Positions 39,927 to 47,816 of a stretch of 64,000 bases of DNA are shown one piece after another. The notes under the pieces were generated by a model. The model did not search any database. It worked only from the letters and a program-made list of their open reading frames with translations, and was not told the DNA's origin. Both the position numbers and the translations under genes were made by a program. Source of the stretch: an uncultured Muribaculaceae bacterium (GTDB taxonomy: Bacteria > Bacillota_I > Bacilli_A > RF39 > UBA660); the NCBI GenBank assembly GCA_964408085.1, contig CAYOYB010000006.1, forward strand, positions 70,444-134,443, read 5' to 3'. Within the stretch, counting starts at the first letter, position 1, and the number at the start of each line of letters is the position of its first letter.

Positions 39927-41573
39927 TTAAACTTCTTGTAAAACAATTAAAATCATTGGCTTACATTCTGTTTCTTGATATAAGTATTTACCTAATTTAT
40001 CTCTAACACCATTTTTAATCTTATTAAATTCAACATGATTAGGTGTAATATTTTCATTGATTACTTCTAACGCTATTTTTTCAGCCTCTTTAATTAAATC
40101 AACATTATCTTTAACGTATATAAAACCTCTAGTTAAAATTTCAGGTCCAGCTAATACCTTCTTAGTAGCCCTATCTAAACTAGCACTAACAATTACAATA
40201 CCATTATCACATAAAGCTTCTCTATCTTTTAGAACTAATTCCCCTATATCACCAACTGTTTTACCATCTATTAAAATATCATCTACTTTTACTGTTTCAT
40301 TAGTATCAACTAAATTTCCATCAACAAATGTTGCAACTTGTCCATTTAATTTCAATAATATATTCTCAGGTTTTAAACCTAATTTTTTAGCATTATTAGC
40401 ATTCTCTACTTGATGACGATATTCACCAATTACTGGAAAATAGTATTTAGGTTTAATTAAATCTAACATTAACATCAAATCTTCAGCTGACGCATGATGA
40501 CCTAAATATTTTTTATTTGACAAGATTACTAAAGAAGCACCAATTTTAGCAATACCATTAAATAATTTGGTAGCTCTTATTTCCATTCCATCATAAACAG
40601 GCGAAATAAAGACAACTGTATCATTATCATTAATTTTAATAAATTTATCATATCCTTTAACAATTCTTGTTAAATTTGAAAAAGGTTTTTCTCGTTCATC
40701 AGAAACAATTACAATAATATTCTCATCATTAATATGATGAATATTGCTAATACGAGACTTATCAAAATCAATATATTTTTTATCAATTGATTCTATAACA
40801 ATTTCTTCTAAACGCTTACCCATAATAACTACTTTTCGTTCAGTTAAACGAATTTCATTAAATAATTCCTGCAATCGATATATTTGCGTATCAAATACGT
40901 TAAATAAAATGCGACCACTATGTTTGCTAAGTGTCTCCTTAAGAATTGATGATGCACGATGATTTGGAGAAGTAAATCCTGATTTATCGGCATATAATGA
41001 TTCACTCATTAAACATAAAACACCTTGTTTTCCAACATAAGCAAGTTTTCCAATATCCGTTTTATAATTACCCATCATCGTTGGGTCAAAAACAAAGTTT
41101 CCTGTATAGAAAATAGCTCCATCTGGTGTATACAAAACATATCCAACTGTATCAGGAACTGAGTGTGTCAAACTTACAGGGAAAATACTATTAATACCAA
41201 AATTAAGTTTTTTATGAGGAGTAATTTCAATTAAATTAGCTGATTTAATACCCTCATTAACTAATTGTTTTTTTAATATGTCAATTGTAAAAGCACAACC
41301 ATATATTTTTAAATCTGGTAAATCTGCTAGAATATCAGCAATAGCTCCTAATTGTTGATCATGACCATGTGTAATAAATACTCCCTTTATTCTTTTACTA
41401 TTTTCTTTTAAATAATCATAATTAGGTATAATATAATCAACACCAAGCATTTTATCATCAGCAAATTTTAAGCCCGCATCAAATACAAAAATATCTTTAT
41501 CAACTTCAACAATATACATATTTTTTCCAATTTCATTTAATCCACCAAGACTAAATATTCTTATTTTACTCAT
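39927..41573 (-). CDS. RNase J family protein with degenerate catalytic motifs (RNase J2-like paralog)
   Basis: 548 aa with metallo-beta-lactamase/beta-CASP architecture (IRIFSLGGLNEIGKNMY...). HxHxDH is HGHDQQ, TGDFKFD is TGNFVFD, and VHGEYR is VIGEYR. Confidence 0.8.
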   Translation of the reverse strand: MSKIRIFSLGGLNEIGKNMYIVEVDKDIFVFDAGLKFADDKMLGVDYIIPNYDYLKENSKRIKGVFITHGHDQQLGAIADILADLPDLKIYGCAFTIDILKKQLVNEGIKSANLIEITPHKKLNFGINSIFPVSLTHSVPDTVGYVLYTPDGAIFYTGNFVFDPTMMGNYKTDIGKLAYVGKQGVLCLMSESLYADKSGFTSPNHRASSILKETLSKHSGRILFNVFDTQIYRLQELFNEIRLTERKVVIMGKRLEEIVIESIDKKYIDFDKSRISNIHHINDENIIVIVSDEREKPFSNLTRIVKGYDKFIKINDNDTVVFISPVYDGMEIRATKLFNGIAKIGASLVILSNKKYLGHHASAEDLMLMLDLIKPKYYFPVIGEYRHQVENANNAKKLGLKPENILLKLNGQVATFVDGNLVDTNETVKVDDILIDGKTVGDIGELVLKDREALCDNGIVIVSASLDRATKKVLAGPEILTRGFIYVKDNVDLIKEAEKIALEVINENITPNHVEFNKIKNGVRDKLGKYLYQETECKPMILIVLQEV

Positions 41574-41722
41574 ATAATCTCCTTTCTTTATAATAGTTAA
41601 AAACTATTAATTTATAATTTAATTTATATTTTCTAAAATACATTATAAATAACTAGATATTTAATAATAAAAAGACTAATTAATTATATCAAAAATTAAT
41701 TAATTAGTCCATACTTAAAAAA

Positions 41723-42919
41723 TTATAAAATAATCTCATTCTTCAAATTAGGATTACTTAAAACTTCTACTAAACGATCAATTTCATCTTTTGTATTATA
41801 AAAATATAAACTAATACGACAAGTATTTTTAATTTTTAATTCATCTTTTAAAATTTTAGCACAGTGATTACCTGCTCTAACACAAATATTATATTTATCT
41901 AAGTAAATAGCTAAATCTTGAGCAAAAATATCCTTCATATTAAAAGTAATAATACCACTTTCAGCATACTTATTGTAAATTATAATATCATCTATTTTTT
42001 CTAACTTTTCTATAGCGTATTTTTTTAATTCACATTCATAATCATGTATTTTATCTAAACCAATTGTGTTTAGATAATTAATAGTTTCAGAAAAAGCTAC
42101 GATATCCGCAATATTTTGTGTTCCAGCTTCTAATAAATATGGAAGATTACTATATTGCCTAACTCCATCATAAGAAAACATCGCATTCATACCACCACCA
42201 AATTCAATTGGTTTAATATTATTTAAAAACTCTTCCTTAGCATATAAAACACCAACGCCAGTTGGACCACACATTTTATGAGCTGAAAATGCTAAAAAAT
42301 CAATATCTAAGTCTTGAACATCAACTTTAACATGTGGAACACTTTGAGCACCATCAATAATTACTAAAATATTTTTACTATGAGCTAGTTCAATAATTTT
42401 TTTTATATCGCGAATATCTCCAACTACATTAGTAACATGAGCAATACTAATAACTCTTGTTTTATTTGTAATACTATTTTTTAAATCCTCCAAATCAAAA
42501 GTAAAATTTTCATTTAAAGGAATATAGTTGATATTAATATCTTTTTCCTCTGCTAATTCAAACCATGGCAAAACATTTGAGGCATGCTCAGCTTTTGTTA
42601 ATAAAACTTCATCACCTGGTAATAAATAATTTTTAAAATAACCGAAAATAATTTTATTTAATGCATCAGTTGCCCCACTTGTAAAAATTATTTCTTTATT
42701 ACTTTTCGCATTAATAAAATTTTTAACTAAAGTTCGTGTTTTTTCAAATTCTTCATCAACTTTTAAACTAAGTTTATAATCACCACGATGCGCATTACAA
42801 CTATAATTAGTATAGTAATCACATAATTTTTGAATAACACTATATGGTTTAAAAGTTGTAGCACCATTATCAAAATATATGATATCTTGCTTTAACATTG
42901 GAAAATCATCACGATTCAT
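41723..42919 (-). CDS. sufS: Cysteine desulfurase, SufS type
   Basis: 398 aa. PLP lysine FSAHKMCGPTGVGVLY and catalytic Cys RAGNHCA. Downstream of sufC and sufD-like. Confidence 0.88.
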   Translation of the reverse strand: MNRDDFPMLKQDIIYFDNGATTFKPYSVIQKLCDYYTNYSCNAHRGDYKLSLKVDEEFEKTRTLVKNFINAKSNKEIIFTSGATDALNKIIFGYFKNYLLPGDEVLLTKAEHASNVLPWFELAEEKDININYIPLNENFTFDLEDLKNSITNKTRVISIAHVTNVVGDIRDIKKIIELAHSKNILVIIDGAQSVPHVKVDVQDLDIDFLAFSAHKMCGPTGVGVLYAKEEFLNNIKPIEFGGGMNAMFSYDGVRQYSNLPYLLEAGTQNIADIVAFSETINYLNTIGLDKIHDYECELKKYAIEKLEKIDDIIIYNKYAESGIITFNMKDIFAQDLAIYLDKYNICVRAGNHCAKILKDELKIKNTCRISLYFYNTKDEIDRLVEVLSNPNLKNEIIL

Positions 42920-42923
42920 TTAC

Positions 42924-43727
42924 TCACCCCCAGTACTTTTTAATTATTAATTCTAACATATCATTAATCTCATCATTAAGAACTAAATTGCTAAATAAAA
43001 AACCTTTTATTAATAATTTTAAAGCGTCATTATATTTTATTCCCCTACTTTGTAAATAAAATAATTCATCGTAATTAAATTTACCAACAAAGGCTGAATG
43101 ATTAGCACTTACATCATTTTCATCAATCAATAAATTAGGATTAATCTGACATTTATTTTGATTAAAAGTTACAATTCGATTATTCTGATTAAGAACACAA
43201 CCAAATTTACCTTTTGGAACCACTCCATTAACATCAAAAATAACCTCGCCATCATTTATATTAACCGCATTATTAATAATATTACTAAATGTATTAGTAG
43301 CATTATGATTGATTAATAAATTGTATTTTTCACATCCTGTACTAATAGTTTTTAAAACATAATCTATATTGGCATTTTCTCCATTCATATTAATAACATC
43401 AAACTGATTTATTTCTTTAACATCATAAAATTTTTGCACATGTAAATTACTCGATTTATCTAAGTTATATGTATTTCTTATTTTTAATATATTATTACTA
43501 TAATTTTCAAAAATATTGACATTAACATTTTCTAAACAATTTACGATTACATTAATTTTTATATCACTATTATTCAAATAAGATATGTAAAGATTAGTAT
43601 CTTTTAGACACTCTATTTCTAAATTATTAACAGCTAAAAAAGTATCATTAATAGAATAATTAATCCTAATTGTATCATCAATTACTTTTTCTTTTATTAC
43701 ACTATTTTCAATAATTATTTTATTCAT
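42924..43727 (-). CDS. Short SufB/SufD-family Fe-S assembly protein
   Basis: 267 aa with a beta-helix-like repeat character. The C-terminal DENDVSANHSAFVGKFNYDELFYLQSRGIKYNDALKLLIKGF is typical of the SufB/D C-terminus. Located between sufC and sufS. Confidence 0.65.
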   Translation of the reverse strand: MNKIIIENSVIKEKVIDDTIRINYSINDTFLAVNNLEIECLKDTNLYISYLNNSDIKINVIVNCLENVNVNIFENYSNNILKIRNTYNLDKSSNLHVQKFYDVKEINQFDVINMNGENANIDYVLKTISTGCEKYNLLINHNATNTFSNIINNAVNINDGEVIFDVNGVVPKGKFGCVLNQNNRIVTFNQNKCQINPNLLIDENDVSANHSAFVGKFNYDELFYLQSRGIKYNDALKLLIKGFLFSNLVLNDEINDMLELIIKKYWG

Positions 43728-43731
43728 ATTT

Positions 43732-44496
43732 CTAATTATCCTCTATAACATTTTCCCCAGTATTTAGAAAAAAATCATAACCATTTTGTTCAACTAAATC
43801 TACTAAGCTAAAATCTCCACTTTTAACAATATGACCATTTTTCATAATATGAACATAATCTGGTTTAATATAATCTAATAATCTCTGATAATGTGTAATT
43901 AATAAAATAGCTGGTTTAAATTCATTATAATACTCCATAACTTTTTCTCCAACCACTTTTAAACTATCGACATCAAGACCAGAATCTATCTCATCTAATA
44001 ATACTATTTTTGGTTCTAACATATACATCTGAAGTATTTCATTTTTCTTTCTTTCACCACCAGAAAAACCTTTATTTATTCCTCTATGGATCATTTCTTT
44101 ATTCATTTTTAAATTCTCAACTGTTTTATCCATTTTTTTAATAAAACTGTATAATTTAAAGTTTTCTCCTTCTTTAGCATGCAAAGCTGCTCGTAGAAAA
44201 TCAGCATTTGTAACACCATCAATTTCTAAAGGCATCTGCATACCTAAAAATAATCCTAATCGAGCACGCTCATCAACTGTTAAATCATTAATCAATTTAT
44301 CATCAAAAAATATTTCACCATTTAATACTTTATAATGATTATCCCCCATAATAACTTTAGATAAAGTTGATTTACCTGTACCATTTGGTCCCATAATTAC
44401 ATGTATTTCACCACTATTAATAGTCAATGAAAAATTATCAAGAATTTTTTTATTTTCAACTTCAACTGTTAAATTAGTAATTTTAAGTGTATGCAT
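43732..44496 (-). CDS. sufC: Fe-S cluster assembly ATPase SufC
   Basis: The start MHTLKITNLTV is the ATG at 44494-44496, with an AAGGAGA RBS. Walker A GPNGTGKST, ABC signature FSGGERKK, Walker B LLDEIDSGLD. Confidence 0.93.
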   Translation of the reverse strand: MHTLKITNLTVEVENKKILDNFSLTINSGEIHVIMGPNGTGKSTLSKVIMGDNHYKVLNGEIFFDDKLINDLTVDERARLGLFLGMQMPLEIDGVTNADFLRAALHAKEGENFKLYSFIKKMDKTVENLKMNKEMIHRGINKGFSGGERKKNEILQMYMLEPKIVLLDEIDSGLDVDSLKVVGEKVMEYYNEFKPAILLITHYQRLLDYIKPDYVHIMKNGHIVKSGDFSLVDLVEQNGYDFFLNTGENVIEDN

Positions 44497-44567
44497 AAAA
44501 CCATCTCCTTTATAATTATACATTAATACTAAAAAAAAGTCGATAACTTCGACTTTTTAAAACATTT

Positions 44568-45197
44568 TTAGAAAATCTTTTTATAAACTTTTTGAAAAGA
44601 ATCATGACTTAATATGTCACTATTAATAGATGCGACTTCATCTTTTCCAGCCATAATATATTCCATATAATTACGTTTTAATTTTACTTTTTGAATATCA
44701 AATAAATCAAAAAATTGGAATACTAAATTTTCAAAATCATTTATTGACATAGCTTTTTCGCCAATTGTTAAATTTTTAGAAATTTGGTATAATTCTATTT
44801 CATAAATTATATTACTTATTTCCTCCTTATTAGTTAGATTAATATCTTTAAAAATAGTTTCATCATTTTTTAATTGCAATAAAATACTATCTTTATCATT
44901 TTCTGTATAATTATTAGGCATTTTTTCTTTAAAATTTACACCCATATATACTCCAAGAAAACGTAAATCTAAAACCTCAGATTGTATCATATCAAATAAA
45001 ACAGTATATAATAATGGATTTTTATTATATTCTTTCAAATTATTTGTTAAATCTCCATATATATATTTATCTTGATAAGAAACCTTTACATAATCTAAAA
45101 ATTCATTTAAAACATCTTTATTATACTTCATATCATAAATTTTAGGTTTATTATTTTTAAAATTGTCACTTGAAATTGGCAAATACAAACTGCTCAT
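44568..45197 (-). CDS. Hypothetical protein (209 aa)
   Basis: Long ORF with a GAGGTGGAA RBS. No recognisable motif. Confidence 0.4.
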   Translation of the reverse strand: MSSLYLPISSDNFKNNKPKIYDMKYNKDVLNEFLDYVKVSYQDKYIYGDLTNNLKEYNKNPLLYTVLFDMIQSEVLDLRFLGVYMGVNFKEKMPNNYTENDKDSILLQLKNDETIFKDINLTNKEEISNIIYEIELYQISKNLTIGEKAMSINDFENLVFQFFDLFDIQKVKLKRNYMEYIMAGKDEVASINSDILSHDSFQKVYKKIF

Positions 45198-45380
45198 AAT
45201 TCCACCTCAATACAATATATATTAACATATAATAATAATTAAAACAAGTTAGAATTGTATACTTTTTCTAATTATGACCATAATATAAATGAATATTTGC
45301 AGTATTCACTAAAAAGAGTAATACTCTTTTTTATTTTAATTTATTTATGATATAATAATCTATATAAGGAGGCAGAAATA

Positions 45381-45746
45381 ATGGAATGCATTTTTTGTAA
45401 AATAATTAATAAAGAAATTCCCTCATATACCATTTATGAGGATGATATTGTTAAAGTTTTTTTAGATATTAATCCTGATGCTAATGGACATTTATTAATC
45501 ATACCTAAAAAACATTATTTAGGATTAAAAGAAATTGATGATGAAACACTTATGAGAATTATGAAAATAGCTAGGGAAATGGAAGAAAAATTAATAGCTA
45601 AATTACATATTGATGGATTAACACTTATCCAAAATAATGGTTCTGTTCAAGAAGTTAAACATTATCACTTACATCTAAAACCACATTATAATGAAAAGCA
45701 AGAATTAAAACCTGTTGAAGAAATATATAATCTATTAATGAGTTAA
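45381..45746 (+). CDS. HIT-family nucleotide hydrolase (Hint-like)
   Basis: CIFCKIINKEIPSYTIYEDD and the histidine triad HYHLHLKP. AAGGAGG RBS and a TGATATAAT promoter. Confidence 0.9.
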   Translation: MECIFCKIINKEIPSYTIYEDDIVKVFLDINPDANGHLLIIPKKHYLGLKEIDDETLMRIMKIAREMEEKLIAKLHIDGLTLIQNNGSVQEVKHYHLHLKPHYNEKQELKPVEEIYNLLMS

Positions 45747-45802
45747 CATTTTAACAAAAAGAATAATCCCTTGTCAATAATTAACAACTCATTTACAAAA
45801 AC

Positions 45803-45827
45803 AAAAACTGTCAATAGACAGTTTTTT
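45803..45827. terminator. Bidirectional terminator between hit and the coiled-coil gene
   Basis: AAAAACTGTC-AATA-GACAGTTTTTT. Confidence 0.7.
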
Positions 45828-46533
45828 AATTTTCATCACTAAATTTTTCAATTCCAACTGTGAATTCACCAACTAATTCATTAAACTTAATTAAATTATT
45901 AGCAAGCTCGCTTTTATCACTCTCACATTGAATACGATCTAATTTAAGTTGTTCTTTTGCTTCATTTAAACTTTCTCTTTCAGCCTTTAATTCATGTTCT
46001 AAAGCCTCTAATTGTTGTTTCTTTTCCTTCATGAATAAAATATTTTTCTGTTTTTCTTCTTTTATTTTTTCAAGTTCTTGTTTACGTTTTTCTTGGAATG
46101 CAACCTTATCAGCATTTAATTTTTCTTGTTGTTGTTTAAGTTCATCAATACTCTTTTCAATAACCAACTTTTTCTGTTTTAATTTTTCATATGCTGCCTT
46201 TTTATATTCTTTTATTTTTTCATACTCAAGTTCTTTATTTTTTTCAAAGTTACTCTTATCTATATTGAATTTCTTTATTTTTTCTTCTAATTGTTGTTTT
46301 AAAAGTAAATTTTTTTGAAAAATATTTGTAGCTTCTTTAACATTATTATTTGCGCGTTCAAAAATATTCTCAATATTTACAGAATTTTTTGGAGCATCAC
46401 TAACAGTTTCACTTGCGCTAATATCATCAACATCAGAATTATCATTTAAACTACTATCATCCATAACAAAATCTTTATCTAAATCGATTTCATTATCATT
46501 AGATACATTTTCTTGAACATCACCTAAAGACAT
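45826..46533 (-). CDS. Acidic N-terminus + coiled-coil protein (235 aa)
   Basis: N-terminal D/S/N-rich segment, then a continuous K/E/Q heptad-like sequence. The C-terminal tail LIKFNELVGEFTVGIEKFSDEN resembles that of the upstream gene. Confidence 0.55.
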   Translation of the reverse strand: MSLGDVQENVSNDNEIDLDKDFVMDDSSLNDNSDVDDISASETVSDAPKNSVNIENIFERANNNVKEATNIFQKNLLLKQQLEEKIKKFNIDKSNFEKNKELEYEKIKEYKKAAYEKLKQKKLVIEKSIDELKQQQEKLNADKVAFQEKRKQELEKIKEEKQKNILFMKEKKQQLEALEHELKAERESLNEAKEQLKLDRIQCESDKSELANNLIKFNELVGEFTVGIEKFSDEN

Positions 46534-46537
46534 CTAA

Positions 46538-47698
46538 CTATTCCTTATCATTAGGTAATTGTGAAAAACTTGTATTAAATTGAGAAACTAAAGTCTTAAA
46601 TCTTGCACAGCTTTGAGCCAAATTCTTATTTTCTAATTCTAATTTCTTCTCTTCTATTTCTTTATATTTTGCAAATTGTTCTTGTTTGAAATCTAATTCT
46701 TTTCTAGAATTTTCTAAACCTTGACGAGTTAATCCCATTTCTTTATCAAATTGTTCTTTTTCTGAATCTAATTTAGATTGTTCTAAATCTTTAAATTTAG
46801 CAAATTCTTGTTCTTTTGTAGCTAATTCATCTTGTCTTTCTTTCAAACTCTTTTGAGTCATTTCTCTTTCTTTTTCAAATTGACTCTTTTCAGTGTCTAA
46901 TTTATTTTTATCACTTCTAATTTTCTCTTCTTCAACCTTTTTGTAATCTTCAAATTGTTCTTTTTCTGTTTCTAATTGTTCTCTCGTAATATTTAAAGAT
47001 TGTTCTAATAAATCAAGTTCTGTATTTTTAGCCAAAACATCTTCATTAAATTTAGCTTCTTCACTTTCGATTCTTTGACGTTGTGTAGCAACATATTCAT
47101 CACATTGTTGTTTTTCTTTTTCAATTGATTTCCTTTGTTCTGCAACATAACGATCAAATTCAATCTTTTCTTTCTCAAATTTTTCTTTTATTTCTTCTAA
47201 AGATTTTTCATTCTTATTTAAAGAAGATTTTTTTTCTATTAAATTTGAAATGAAATTATTGGCTCCAACTACATCACTATATAAATTATTAAATAGAGAA
47301 TCAAAATCTGAAAGAACATCATTGTTTTCAGCACCTACAATAGAAGTATCATTAGATTCACTTTTTTCTTTTGACTGAACACTTTTATCAGAATTTTCAC
47401 TCATCAAGACTTTATTATTACTTCCATTACTTTCATCATCATTATCACTAGCTGCTAGTACAGGTTGCTCAAATTCTGCTGGCTTTAAATCTTCATCTTT
47501 ATCTGAATTAATAAAAGTTGAGAAATTATCATTATTTAATTCTTCGCCAATTGAATCAAAATCATCATCTAATAAATTAGCTCCATCATCAATTTCCATT
47601 ATTTCTTTGTCATAGAAATCATTTTCTTTTAATACATCATTTTCACTTTCTTTTACGTTATTATCTTTAGTATCCATAAATTCTAATCCTTTATCCAT
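46538..47698 (-). CDS. Acidic N-terminus + repetitive coiled-coil protein (386 aa)
   Basis: The ~170-aa acidic N-terminus looks disordered. The C-terminal half has a recurring unit around (E/K)xEQF(E/A/D)K/Y (ETEKEQFEDYKK, DTEKSQFEKERE, ATKEQEFAKFKD, DSEKEQFDKEMG, DFKQEQFAKYKE). Tail: FKTLVSQFNTSFSQL. Confidence 0.55.
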   Translation of the reverse strand: MDKGLEFMDTKDNNVKESENDVLKENDFYDKEIMEIDDGANLLDDDFDSIGEELNNDNFSTFINSDKDEDLKPAEFEQPVLAASDNDDESNGSNNKVLMSENSDKSVQSKEKSESNDTSIVGAENNDVLSDFDSLFNNLYSDVVGANNFISNLIEKKSSLNKNEKSLEEIKEKFEKEKIEFDRYVAEQRKSIEKEKQQCDEYVATQRQRIESEEAKFNEDVLAKNTELDLLEQSLNITREQLETEKEQFEDYKKVEEEKIRSDKNKLDTEKSQFEKEREMTQKSLKERQDELATKEQEFAKFKDLEQSKLDSEKEQFDKEMGLTRQGLENSRKELDFKQEQFAKYKEIEEKKLELENKNLAQSCARFKTLVSQFNTSFSQLPNDKE

Positions 47699-47816
47699 AT
47701 TCTTCCCCTCTTTACTATCCTTAGAGCAACAACGTACTCTAGTTTAAAATATCATATACAGTATATCATAAAAATTTAAAAAGTAAAACAATTTTTTGTT
47801 TTTTTTTAATTTTTAT

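Noticed and set aside
45311-45332. Orphan palindromic terminator-like hairpin AAAAAGAGT-AAT-ACTCTTTTTT between divergent genes 44568-45197 (-) and hit (+)
   Set aside because: No gene or convincing promoter reads into it on either strand. The stem is only 5 bp and AT-flanked. It may mark a tiny sRNA, but the evidence is too thin.
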